Assembly: GCA_017654855.1 (NCBI GenBank)
Contig: CM030333.1
Span: forward strand, 3,968,001 to 4,032,000
Source of the DNA: Podospora anserina
Lineage: Eukaryota
Length of the DNA stretch: 64,000 nucleotides
Reading direction: 5' to 3'
Shown: positions 36,909 to 48,926 of the stretch, one piece after another
Layout of the letters: each line of letters opens with the position of its first letter
How positions within the stretch are numbered: the stretch's first letter is position 1
Made by a program: the position numbers and the translations under genes
Notes under the pieces: generated by a model
What the model saw: the letters and a program-made list of their open reading frames with translations, nothing else
Databases searched by the model: none
Told to the model about the DNA's origin: nothing

Positions 36909-39298
36909 ATGACGGTCGACACACAAACGCTGGCCACCCCCGGCGGTATTTCCGACCCTGGCCTCATCAAGTATGCCATGCCCCCCGCCCCGCGCGCGCT
37001 CCCTCTCAGGCCCAGTTGTCTTGGCTCTTCTTTTCGTTCGTTAGGCACTAACCTCCGAATGTAGGCTGGTCAACAAGCTTCAAGATGTCTTCACCACCGT
37101 TGGTGTCAACAACCCTATCGATCTCCCACAAATAGTCGTCGTAGGCAGTCAGTCGAGCGGCAAGAGTTCCGTATTAGAAAATATCGTCGGTCGTGACTTG
37201 TATGTGCCCCCCCTGACAGCCCCCTATTCTCGCTCTTGGCATGGTTGAGCTGACGGTATTCTTCGATGCAGTCTCCCTCGTGGTTCCGGTATCGTCACTC
37301 GTCGACCGCTTGTACTGCAGCTTATCAACCGGCCTGCGACGGCTGACTCTAATGGCGTCGATGAGAAGCTTGCCGGTAGCACCGACAAGGCCGCCAACAC
37401 GGACGAGTGGGGCGAGTTCCTGCACATCCCCGGCCAAAAGTTCTACGACTTCAACAAGATCCGCGAGGAGATCAACCGAGAGACCGAGGCCAAGGTGGGT
37501 CGGAATGCCGGCATCTCACCTGCCCCCATCAACCTTCGCATCTATTCGCCCAATGTCCTGAACCTTACCCTGGTCGATTTGCCCGGCCTGACAAGAGTGC
37601 CCGTCGGTGATCAGCCGCGAGATATCGAGAGACAGATTCGTGACATGATCCTCAAGTTTATTCAGAAGTCAAACGCCATTATCCTGGCCGTCTCGCCTGC
37701 CAACGTCGATTTGGCCAACTCGGATGGTCTCAAGTTGGCGAGGGAGGTGGACCCCGAGGGTCAGAGAACGATCGGTGTGCTCACCAAGGTTGATTTGATG
37801 GACGAGGGAACTGATGTGGTGGATATTCTTGCGGGCCGCATCATTCCCTTGAGACTTGGCTACGTCCCCGTCGTGAACCGTGGTCAAAGGGATATTGACA
37901 ACAAGAAGCCCATCAACGCCGCCCTCGACGCTGAAAAGGCCTTTTTCGACAACCACAAGGCTTATCGTAACAAGAGCTCTTACTGCGGCACACCCTATCT
38001 CGCCCGCAAGCTCAACCTTATTCTTATGATGCACATCAAGCAAACGCTTCCAGAGATTAAGAGCCGTATCTCAAACTCTCTTCAAAAGTACACACAGGAG
38101 CTCGAGTCCCTTGGCCCATCGATGCTGGGCAACAGCGCCAACATTGTGCTGAACATTATCACCGAGTTTACCAACGAATGGCGAACGGTTTTGGACGGCA
38201 ACAATACGGAGCTTTCGAGCAATGAGCTGTCAGGCGGTGCCAGAATCAGCTTTGTCTTCCATGAGCTTTACTCGAACGGTATCAAGGCGGTTGACCCCTT
38301 TGACCATGTCAAGGATGTCGACATTCGCACCATTCTCTACAACTCGTCTGGCTCCTCCCCAGCACTCTTTGTCGGCACTACAGCATTTGAGCTTATTGTG
38401 AAGCAACAGATCAAGCGGTTGGAAGAGCCAAGCTTGAAGTGTGCTTCGCTGGTCTATGACGAGCTTGTGCGCATTCTTACGAACCTGCTTAGCAAGCAGC
38501 TCTACCGCCGCTACCCAGGACTGAAGGAGAAGATCCACGCCGTAGTTATCTCGTTCTTCAAGAAGGCCATGGAGCCGACCAACAAGCTGGTGAAGGACTT
38601 GGTCGCCATGGAAGCGTGTTACGTCAATACGGGACACCCTGACTTCCTGAACGGCCACCGCGTAAGTGTCGCTTATCTTGTTGATATATGACGTTCGTAC
38701 TGACCATGATTGTGAAGGCTATGGCGATTGTCAACGAAAAGCACAACCCTTCCAGGCCTGTTCAGGTGGACCCCAAGACGGGCAAGCCTCTGGCGAACAC
38801 GCCCAGAGCCGCCAGCCCAACACTTGTGGCCTCGGCGGATGGTGATTCCAACAACAGCGGTTTCTTTGGCAGCTTCTTTGCCGCCAAGAACAAGAAGAAG
38901 GCGGCCGCCATGGAGCCCCCACCGCCCACTCTCAAGGCCTCTGGCACTTTGTCAGAGCGGGAGAACATCGAGGTCGAAGTCATCAGTACGTACCATCATT
39001 CCTGTGAATCAAATAAATGGACCGGGCTAACAAAGGCTGTACAGAGCTGCTGATTTCCTCATACTTCAACATTGTCAAGCGCACCATGATCGACATGGTG
39101 CCAAAGGCTATCATGCTGAACCTTGTCAGCTTCACAAAGGAAGAAATGCAGAAAGAGCTTCTCGAGAACATGTACCGGCAGAGCGAGCTTGACGACCTCC
39201 TCAAGGAGAGCGACTACACGATTCGGAGGCGGAAGGAGTGCCAGCAAATGGTGGAAAGTCTTGGGCGGGCCAGTGAGATTGTTAGCCAGGTTCAATGA
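36909..39298 (+). CDS. VPS1: Dynamin-like GTPase Vps1, 5 exons
   Basis: [12 protein letters not shown]...[62 protein letters not shown] with [22 protein letters not shown]. Confidence 0.96.
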
Positions 39299-39875
39299 GG
39301 TATTTGAGTAGCAGACTTTGACCGCACGAAGGTTGGGCATGGAGGATTAATGTCTTGTTTGCTTATTTTTTAGAGGGACTCGATTCTCCTTTATCGATAC
39401 CATGGTTGAGCGTCGGGTAGCCAGAATCAGAAATGTTGCATGTTTATCTGTGCCATCCACACAGGTTGTGTGACACCGCTTGTATCATGCCACAGGACCT
39501 TGTTCTCCGGCACATGTCACCAACTCAAACGAGGCCCGGCAATGCTCGGGTTTTAGGGGCCGATATTTACGGGACAGGGTCATCATCCGACCACCTCCGC
39601 ACATCGGTTCGGGAAAGAGGGTAGTAAAATGTAGGTAATAGAAGCATTTTCCCCACTTTGTCGTGTTGAATCAATGAAAGTCGTCATCGCGGGTTGCCCC
39701 GATGACTGGGAGAGAGGCGGGGGGCGGGGGGTTGATATGCATATAAAATAAAGCTTGTTTGGCGCCTCGGGAACGGGGTGGTTTGGGGGTATGTGAACAG
39801 TCCAACATCAGAATCTATCGTTCCCAACTACAACACCACGTACGTTTTTTGACGAGTCTTTCGACAGCAACAAAC

Positions 39876-41831
39876 ATGGTTCTTACCACAGCGTCGGTTT
39901 TTCCTTCCAAGGGTGGGCATCAGTTCATGCCTTGGCCTTCCCGGCGCAGTGTGGTTCATAGCACCAAGGGGATTGTTGCTTGCTCTCAGCCTTTGGCGGC
40001 GAGGTGCGGGTTGGAGATTTTGAGAAAGGGGGGGAATGCTGCTGTGTGTTTTGTTTCTCGTTTACCAGCTTTTATCTATGGGCTGAATAGCTGATTGTTG
40101 GATAGGATGCTGCTGTGGCGGTCGCTGCGGGGATTAACATGACCGAGCCATGCCAGACGGGCATTGGAGGGGATATGTTTTGTCTGTTTTATGACGCCAA
40201 AACGAAAAAGGTGTCGGCGCTGAACGGCTCGGGGAGGGCAGGCGGGAAATGCACGCTTGAGACAATCAGAGGGAGTTTGGGGTTGGGTGGAGCGGATGAG
40301 GAGGGGAAGATTCCGATGAGTAGTGTCCATGCTGTTACTGTGCCTGGGGCGGCGGCGGGGTGGGTTGATACTGTTGAGAGGTTTGGGAGTGGAAAGCTGA
40401 GTTTGGAGGAGATTTTGGGACCGGCGATACAGCTGGGGGAGGAGGGGTTCCCGGTTCATGAGCAGACGGCTACCATTGTGAGTTTTTTTTCTGGATATGT
40501 CCGAGCGTGGCAGAGTTGGTGCTGACAAGTGGGCGGTGTAGTGGGCTCAAGGAGAGCAATCGCTTCGAGATGCCTCTCCCAACTTTAGGGAGATGTTAAA
40601 GGCTGATCCAAACGCCCCTGATGGTGTCAGAGCTCCCAAAGCAGGGGACATCATCAAGCTTCCCAACCTGGCCAAAACATTCCGTGCCCTCGCCGCAGAA
40701 GGCAAAAAGGGGTTCTATACCGGCCGTATTGCAGAAGAAATCGTCAAAGTCACCACCTCCCTCGGTGGCCACCTCACCCTGGAAGACCTGGAGCACCATC
40801 TAACCACCGGGTCCGAGCCCGTCGAGCCCATCTCACTCAAGTTCACCGGCCAAGGCGCCGGCAAGGCAGAAAACGCCGGTGTAGAAGTATGGGAACACCC
40901 CCCCAACGGCCAAGGCATCGTCGCCCTCATGGCCTTGGGAATTCTCCAACAACTCGAACTCTCGGGTAAGATCCCAACCTGGGCAGAAAAAGACCACAAC
41001 ACCGCCCCCTACCTCCACGCCATCATTGAATCTCTCCGCATCGCCTTCTCCGACGCAAACTGGTTCCTTGCCGACCCCAACGTCAGCGACGTCCCCACCG
41101 CTGGTCTGTTGTCTCCAGAGTACCTCTCCGAAAGAGCCAAATTATTCTCGCCCACCAAGTCCACACCCGAGCTCATCCCCCATGGCTCTCCCGCCCTCCG
41201 ATCCTCAGACACGGTTTACTTTGCCGTCTCCGACAGCGAAGGCAACGCAATCTCCTTTATCAACTCCAACTACGGCGGTTTCGGCACGGGCATCATCCCC
41301 GCCGGGTGTGGTTTCACCCTCCAAAACCGGGGCGCGAACTTTTCTCTCGATCCCAAGCATCCTAACGTTCTTGCTCCGAGGAAGAGGCCGTATCATACCA
41401 TTATTCCCGGTTTGGTGACCAACATCAACGATGGGAGCTTGCACAGTGTTTTTGGAGTCATGGGCGGGTTCATGCAGCCGCAGGGACATGTCCAGACGCT
41501 GCTGGGGCAGATCGTTGGGGGACTGAACCCCCAGCAGGCGTTGGATGCGCCGAGGGTTTGTATCGGGGCGGGGATGCCCGAGAATGGAAAGGTATATGAT
41601 ATGCGGGTGTATGTCGAGGAGGGGATGCCCGAGGAGACGATCAGGGGCTTGGAGGAGCTGGGACATCAGGTTACCGTTGTCAGGGCGACGCCGGGGGACA
41701 AGTGGCAGTCTAGGTCGCTGTTTGGGCGTGGGCAGATTATTCGGTGGACGGTGGATAGTGTAGAGGAGAACAGGGGAGTTTGGTCGGCGGGTAGTGACAT
41801 GAGGGGTGATGGGGGTGCTTATCCTGCTTAG
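39876..41831 (+). CDS. Gamma-glutamyltranspeptidase family protein (cytosolic type, no signal peptide), 3 exons
   Basis: [38 protein letters not shown]...TGIGGDMF; nucleophile Thr in [27 protein letters not shown]. Confidence 0.92.
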
Positions 41832-41975
41832 AAATGATACACTGCATACTTGGGGCGAGAGACCTAGATGCTGGAGTATTTCGAAAGGGAGATATATTAC
41901 AGTCTAGGGTATTCATACATGTCTTTTTCTCTTTTTTTTCTTTCTTTCTGCTTTGCTTTGTAATCGTGACAGTGT

Positions 41976-42598
41976 TCACTCCTTCTTGGCCTCCTCCTCA
42001 GCAGCCTCAGCTTCCACAGCCAAAACCTTCTTCTCCTCCAGCAGCTTCGCCAGCTCGCCGCTCTGGTGCATGGAAACGATTATGTCGCAGCCGCCGACGA
42101 ACTCCTTGTCGATGTAGAGCTGGGGAATGGTGGGCCAGTCGCTGTACTCCTTGATTCCTATTTTATTTCACCCAATTTTTGTTCAGCATCCCTCTCCCCC
42201 GACTTTCTGGATTCACCTTTTTGAAAATGGATGAAAAACCTACCCTGCCTCAGCTCATTGTCTTCCAAAACGTTAAACGCCGCAAACTTGGCTGGGTCCA
42301 CCCCCTGCATGCCCAGCACCTGGATCGACGCCCTCGAGAAGCCGCACTGGGGCGTCTCGGGGGTGCCCTTCATGAAGAGGACCACGGGCGCCGAGGAGAC
42401 GGCCTTGTCGATCGCTTGTCTTGTCTGGTCCGAGAGGAAACGGGTTTGTATCGAGGTGAGGAAGGAGGTGCGGGCTGCTGCAGGGGCGGCAAAGGCCGGG
42501 CGGAGGAGTTGCTTTTTTGGCAGAGTTGTTAGTATTTTTGGGGCACGAATAGGAGGCCAAAGGGGGCATACCCTCGAGAGGATCGTTCTGGCAAACAT
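41976..42598 (-). CDS. GRX5: Mitochondrial monothiol glutaredoxin 5, 3 exons
   Basis: Mitochondrial presequence, [46 protein letters not shown]. Confidence 0.95.
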
Positions 42599-42992
42599 GT
42601 TGGCTGTGTTTGGTGTGGTTGTGCTGCTGCTGGGAGGCTGCTACTGGAGTGATATCCGCTTGCGCCGGGTATCAGTGCTGGGACATTTTTTGGATGGCGA
42701 GCCGACGGCAACCCATGATGTAAGCGGTTTCGCTCGGTAATAAGAGGCTTAAGGGTTAGGGTTTTGATCAGGCCAAAGTACCTTGATGGGTAGCGGCCGG
42801 TAGGGGATTACTTCGCTTGTGATTGGTCGACAGGGGGTGAATTGACCGGACTGGGACGCAATGAATTGGCCTTGGTTTTTCAGTTTCTGGCACCGAATTA
42901 CGTTTTTGTCAACAGCTTCGAGAGAGATTTCATACTGAGTTTCATCCATCAAGGACAGTTGAGTTATTTGTTAAAGACAGAAAACCGGCAAC

Positions 42993-44144
42993 ATGGTCTT
43001 TGACCTGGTATCGTCGCTTATGCGCATGCCATACGTGTAAGTGACCCCTGATTTGGTGATATCATTCGAGGCGTGAGATTGACACATGAAAGACCCCCAT
43101 CCTTCTTCGCACGCTTCTTACTCCACCAATTTCTCCCCATTCCTATCCCTGATACGGACTACACCAACAAGACCGTCATTGTCACCGGAGGCAATGGCGG
43201 CCTTGGTCTCGAGGCTGTCCGCCACTTCGCCCGGCTCGGAGCGAGAGTGATTATTGCCTGCCGCAACGCTGACAGCGGTCAGCAAGCCAGAAATGACATC
43301 CAGCGCGCCAATTACCCTGGCACAGTTGAGGTATGGCCGCTTGATCTCTGCTCTTTTGACAGCGTCAAGTCCTTCTGCGTCAAGGCCAACACGGTATTGG
43401 ACAGACTGGATGTTCTCCTGCTCAATGCAGGCATCATGGCCAAGGAGCTACAGACGCCCGAAGAAGGTGGTGGTTATGAGAGTACAATCTTGACCAATGT
43501 CATCTCGACTTTTTTGGTGGCATTTATGTTGATGCCGTTGCTGAAGCAGACGGCCGAGCAGCAAGCGGACAAGGCTGTGGTGACAGTCGTTTCCAGTGAG
43601 GCTCACTTTTTGGTAAGACTTGCATCTGTCTATACGTATACTTTTTGACAAGAACTGACCGGCGATGCAGACTACATTCAAGGAGCGCCTTGAGCCCAAC
43701 ATATTTGGATGCTTCCGAAATGGCGACTTTGATCCGTATGAGAACTATAGCACTAGTAAGCTCCTCGACCTTTTGCTGGCTCGAGAGCTCGCCAACAGAC
43801 TGGACGCCTCTTCTCCAGCGGGGAACAGCAAGGTTATTGTCAACAGTGTCAACCCAGGGTTGTGCAGGTCTGGATTGTTTAGCAAGGTCCCTCTCATCGT
43901 CAACCTCTTCATTGGATTCCTCTCGCTCATCTTTGCACGATCGTCAGAGCAAGGATCGAGAACATTGCTGGCTGCTGCCGCTGGAGGACGAGAGACCCAT
44001 GGCAAGTATATGGATGCCGCCAAGGTGGCTCAGCCCAGTTCGTTTGTGATGTCAGATGAGGGCAAGAGAGCCCAGAAACGGGTCTGGGAAGAGTTGGTCA
44101 ACATTCTGGACGGTGTTGAGAAGGGGGTCAGTAAGAATATCTGA
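42993..44144 (+). CDS. Short-chain dehydrogenase/reductase (retinol dehydrogenase/WWOX-like), 3 exons
   Basis: MVFDLVSSLMRMPYV|PPSFF...VTGGNGGLG, LLNAGI, YSTSK (YxxxK), VNSVNPG. Introns at about 43037-43092 and 43613-43670. Confidence 0.88.
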
Positions 44145-44428
44145 CCCCTGCAGCGCTGGTGGAGAGAGGTGCTGCTTGGGGGAGCTACCCCGCAAACCCA
44201 CCCCCGCGATCTACCCCAGAAACAGCCCCGTCAGCTGCTGGAGCCTCGGTAACATTGCTTGAATGTGACAGGGATAATGAGGCATGTTGGTTCCTTTCAA
44301 GGTGTTTAAACTGGACATATGTATCAGCGGATTTCCTTCTTTGTATCTATTTTCTCGATTATATACATGTACTCTATAGAATTCAGTAATTCATTATTTT
44401 CTCTTTGGTTCCTAATCGCAACTTCAAG

Positions 44429-45703
44429 ATGGTAGGCCCGCCTCCTCTCCAAGGCATCAAGGTGCTTGAATTCGCCGGCCTGGCTCCAGGTATGTTCTCC
44501 CACACCCGCCCCCCGCCCCCCCAGTTCTCGACAACAGATGAACTAACACCCATCTCAGGTCCCTTTGCCGGCCTACTTCTCTCCGACTCAGGCGCCTCGA
44601 TCCTCCGCATCGACAGGCCCTCTTCCTCGCCCTCTCCATTACCAACCCCTGACCTCCTAACCCGCCGCAAAAAGTCCATTGCCGTGGATCTCAAGTTCCC
44701 CCTCGGCGTCGAACTCGTCAAGTCCCTAGCAGCAAAAGCTGACATCCTCATTGACCCGTTCCGCCCCGGTGTCCTGGAAAAGCTCGGTCTAGGCCCTTCC
44801 GTCTTATGCTCTCTAAATCCAAGATTAATCTACGCCCGCATGACCGGCTTCCGCCGCGATGGGAAATGGGCCAAAATGGCAGGCCATGACATCAACTACC
44901 TCGCTGTTTCAGGGTCGTTATCTTTGCTAGGAAGGAAGAACAGTCCGCCAACACCACCGGTCAACATTCTGGGTGATTTTGCTGGCGGGGGAGCCACGCT
45001 GTTCCAGGGGATACTCCTCGCGTTGCTGTCGAGGGCCACTACAGGGAAGGGACAGGTCGTGGAGGCAAATATGGTCGACGGGGCGTCGTATCTGGCTACT
45101 TTCCCCCGGTTCGCGCTGCACACCATGACTGGGTCGCTGCCGAGGGGGGAGAACTTGTTGGATAGTGGATGCCCTTACTATGATTGCTACGAGACAAGAG
45201 ACGGGAGGTGGATGGCGGTTGGGGCGCTGGAGCCGCAGTTTTTCGGGGATTTGATCAGGGGGTTGGGGCTGGAGGGGCAAGGGTGGGAGGAGAGGAGGTA
45301 TGATAGGGGTAATTGGGGGGAGTTTAGGGGTTTGTTGGAGAGGAGATTCAAGGAGAGGACGAGGGAGGAGTGGGAGAGGGTGTTTGAGGGGACGGATGCG
45401 TGTTGTACGCCGGTGTTGGAGTATGGTGAGATGGAGAGGGAAAAGGAGAAGAGGGGGGGCGATCAGAGACCGATGGTCACGTTGAGGGAGACGCCACTTT
45501 TGGGGGTGGTGAAAGGAAAGGATGGAGATGCTGTCACGCATGGACAAGGGGAGGGAGTGAAAGGAGATGGGTACAGAGGGGAGCCTCTGGCGCCTGGGGA
45601 GGGTGGCGAGGAACTCTTGGAAGAGTGGCTGGGTTGGAAGAAGGGAAGGGAATTTGATGTAGCGGGTGGAGGGTTGGTGGTGAAGGAAAAGGCAAGGCTG
45701 TAA
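44429..45703 (+). CDS. Alpha-methylacyl-CoA racemase / CoA-transferase family III, peroxisomal (PTS1 -ARL)
   Basis: PLQGIKVLEFAGLAP|GPFAG, DPFRPGVLEKLGLGP, AGHDINY, NILGDFAGG, terminal KARL. In-frame 69-nt intron at 44490-44558. Confidence 0.92.
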   Translation: MVGPPPLQGIKVLEFAGLAPGMFSHTRPPPPQFSTTDELTPISGPFAGLLLSDSGASILRIDRPSSSPSPLPTPDLLTRRKKSIAVDLKFPLGVELVKSLAAKADILIDPFRPGVLEKLGLGPSVLCSLNPRLIYARMTGFRRDGKWAKMAGHDINYLAVSGSLSLLGRKNSPPTPPVNILGDFAGGGATLFQGILLALLSRATTGKGQVVEANMVDGASYLATFPRFALHTMTGSLPRGENLLDSGCPYYDCYETRDGRWMAVGALEPQFFGDLIRGLGLEGQGWEERRYDRGNWGEFRGLLERRFKERTREEWERVFEGTDACCTPVLEYGEMEREKEKRGGDQRPMVTLRETPLLGVVKGKDGDAVTHGQGEGVKGDGYRGEPLAPGEGGEELLEEWLGWKKGREFDVAGGGLVVKEKARL

Positions 45704-46182
45704 CGGTTTGTACGTCCCTGTCAGGATTCTGCGGTTCCACCTAGAAAGATAGCCAACAACAGGGCAGATCATAATCAGGACTGCGGCAAGGTTGAGTTGG
45801 AGGAAGTTTCCAAGCACGCGAAGAACTCCTGAGTGGCAATACTTGGGGGCTGCTTTGAGCGTGGTCTTCCGGGAATGCTGTTTTCCAGCAGCCAGCGTGG
45901 ACCGGCTTTCCGTACAATGGGCTTGCAACAATCCTCGGTAGCTTCTCTTGGTGTGAGACTAAAGTTCAACTCACATTCAGTGGATGTGCTTTTAAGTTTC
46001 TCAGGTCTCGTCCCTTCCAGAACCATCAAGCCACAGCCCAGGTCATGCCCCCGCACTGCACTGAGTTAATATTTATTTCTCTCATCAATTTCAAACTGGG
46101 AAGAAGGCGGCCAAATCAACCACCGTCGACTTACCTTACCTGTCACTGGCTAGTACTTCAACTTCCTATCAGCCGACTCATC

Positions 46183-47451
46183 ATGCACGACAACAGCACC
46201 ATTCCCATTGCAACAACACGTCCATCGACCTTCCCTCACTTCCCCCGTCTTCCATGTAAGCTACGAGAGAAAATATGGGAGATGGCCATTCGACCGGATT
46301 CTCCGGCGGTACACCGCTTCTCTCTCCACCATCAGGACGCCGTCAAAGAGCTAACAACCAGGGACAAAGTGATTTTACATTACGGCGATTCCAACCTCGA
46401 TATCTCAGGGCTCTACGATAAGCCCAGAGGGAATGTGTATGGGCATTATAGACTCTGCGCCCCTCGAACTACCACGACATCTAACTCCTACTCGTGGAGT
46501 AAGAACAGCATGTCGGCATACATGTGGGACGCTGGACTGTGGGGGGAGCAAGTGCCGAATCTAGGCGGATAGCGATCAGAGTATGGAAAGTCGGGGTTGA
46601 GGCTGATATTCTGGAGGAGATACGCTTACACAGAAAAGCGGGCCGTCCTTTGAAATCCCCTGAACAGCAGGTCAGAGAAATCTACAAGGGACATTATCCT
46701 TCCGGTTCCACGGCTCCGATGATACAATATGACGACGACAACGTGGGTTCAACACCGCGGAGTAACAAACCCACCGCTCCGCTCATTGTCCGGGCATCAT
46801 GAGACTTGTTTTGGATAGACATTCCATTTTCAGGGTCGCCTTTGGGCGATGGCGTCTCTTCATATGTTTATCTCCTGCTCAGTCAGCAATTGTTCCCTGG
46901 AGCTTCGGGTGGTTGTCGGCTCTGGCCTAGTAATATCGCCATTGATTTTGATCCCAGATGAAATAATACTCGTTCGAAATGGCCCTTCAATCATGAGGAT
47001 GAACTTGAGGGCGAGCCCACAACTATCGGGGTCGCAAAGACCCTCAACATTGTGCCTCGACTGATACGGATGTGTTACTTTAATGGAGACCGATATACGG
47101 AGACTCCATTCATCTGGCTGATTGACCGCGGGCGTGGAGCAGCCAAATATCGCCAGCGTCTCGATCATAGTACAATGAGCAAGGAGGATGGCTCGTCATC
47201 ATCATCCCTGTCTCCACAGTCCCAGTACTGTACGTACGAAACGGAAGAATGGGCAAAAGGTGCCGTCTTCTATGATGGCCAGCACAGGTACATGGAAGCA
47301 AACAGTTACGGCCCGTCAACTGGCACGCTTATCGACTCCTTCTCCTTCAACGAAGGCGGCGTAGGTTACACTGATGAGTGGTTTTAGACAGCCGATTGCT
47401 CCATCCAATGTGCGCCGACCTGTCGCGGTGCTTGTCGAGTGTCAAGATTGA
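46183..47451 (+). pseudogene. 2EXR-domain protein pseudogene
   Basis: TFPHFPRLPCKLREKIWEMAIRP is a 2EXR signature. There is a frameshift in the G6 run at 46541-46546 (DAGLW/ASAESR) and in-frame TGA codons at 46800 (RAS*DLF) and 46959 (NIAIDFDPR*), with further frame changes. Confidence 0.7.
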
Positions 47452-47652
47452 GCAAATGTTGCTGGCTTAGATATACGCAATTGAGACTTGGCTGGCAGGG
47501 AAAGTGTGGTTTTGGTACTGGGCAAATCATAGCTCAGGTCAAAAAATGAGATCGTTATAATGGTTTGATGGTCAATCAATGCAATGGACTTCTTTTAACT
47601 GTGGTGACAGCAATGTTGCTGGTTGAATAAAAGAGTTAGAAGCTCATCTCCA

Positions 47653-48423
47653 TCACGCTCGCCCCGAACTTTGCTCCTCCTCCCTCAAATCCCTCACCAG
47701 CTTCCTCCCCGGCCCCTCCAAGCTCTCCACCTCATGCGCCTCATGCCTCTCCTTCTCCTTCACCCCGGCAGCAACCCACTCCCTCACGCCCTCCAGCCCA
47801 TTGATCCTCTCCATATACCCCTTCGCCCTCTCCCCCAGGAACCTTTCCCCCGCCCCCAAGTAACTCCCAAGCCGCAACACCACCGGCGCGAAAAAAGCAT
47901 CCACCGCCCCAAACTCCCCTCCCGCAAGGAAAGGCCCCCCAAACTTTGCTAGCCCTTCCTCCCAAACCTCGTTGATCCTCCTCAGGTCCTTCACCAACCC
48001 CTCGTTAAACGCCTCGTCTGACAGCTCCACACGAATGGAAACATTCATCCCCATCTCCTGCCTTATGCTCCCAAACCCGGCGTGCATCTCCGCCACTGCT
48101 GACCGTGCCCAGGCGCGTGCGGGTAGGGAGTCGGGGTAGATTCTGCTGTTGGGAAACTGCTCGTGGAGGAACTCGACGATGGCGAGGGATTCCCACAGGA
48201 TGATTGGATCAGAGAAGCCGGAAGGGGGGTGGTGGTAGTGCAAGCAGGGGACGTGGCAGACGGGGGAGAAGGACTTCCACTGGGGCTGGCGGTAGCCGGA
48301 GCCGGGGGCCAGCGGGTGGAGGTGCTCCTCGAAGGGGAGGGAGAGCTCCTTCATCAGGAGCCAGGGGCGGAGGGACCAGGAGGAGTAGTTTTTGTTGGTG
48401 ATGTGGAGGTGGTAGGAGGACAT
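47653..48423 (-). CDS. Glutathione S-transferase family protein (single exon)
   Basis: ITNKNYSSWSLRPWLLM, SPVCHVPCL, LWESLAIVEFL, ARSAVAEMHAGF, GPFLAGGEFGAVDAFFAPV. Confidence 0.9.
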   Translation of the reverse strand: MSSYHLHITNKNYSSWSLRPWLLMKELSLPFEEHLHPLAPGSGYRQPQWKSFSPVCHVPCLHYHHPPSGFSDPIILWESLAIVEFLHEQFPNSRIYPDSLPARAWARSAVAEMHAGFGSIRQEMGMNVSIRVELSDEAFNEGLVKDLRRINEVWEEGLAKFGGPFLAGGEFGAVDAFFAPVVLRLGSYLGAGERFLGERAKGYMERINGLEGVREWVAAGVKEKERHEAHEVESLEGPGRKLVRDLREEEQSSGRA

Positions 48424-48926
48424 TTTGGGTGATGATGGGTGAGGTGGTTGAAGACAAGTGGCGGGTGATGAAAAAAGTGGGTTGTTGAAGAGGTGTGGTA
48501 TCGTAAGGGTGTTGTTAGTGTGAGGTTGTCCAAAAGGGTAGGTAGTGGAAAGGAGAGATGGATGAGTCAGTATACGCAAGGGGTGGGGGTTGACTAAATG
48601 AAATAGACAAGTGACTCGACCATACTCCAAGGCTGAAAATGCTGTAAATATATCTAACTGGAGAGAAGAACAAAAAAAACATCGTACCCGCAGAGCTACC
48701 CCGTATAGGAAGCTCACATCTCCACGCCCTATCAATGACCGGTCCTCCCCACCCACCTGCTACCTTGCTGCAAGTATTATCCCCAAGGGCGCATAACACC
48801 ACCACAACAATTCCTCCATACCATCGTTATCCACCATGGTGTGACTCACTCGAACCATAAAGATACGACACTTTGGGAATAACTTCTATTTTCGCCCAGC
48901 AAAGAACAACTGAAAGGAATCATAGG

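Noticed and set aside
47653-48423. Recent horizontal transfer of the intronless, bacterial-like GST
   Set aside because: Codon usage matches neighbouring genes and this GST type is common in ascomycetes; a phylogeny would be needed.
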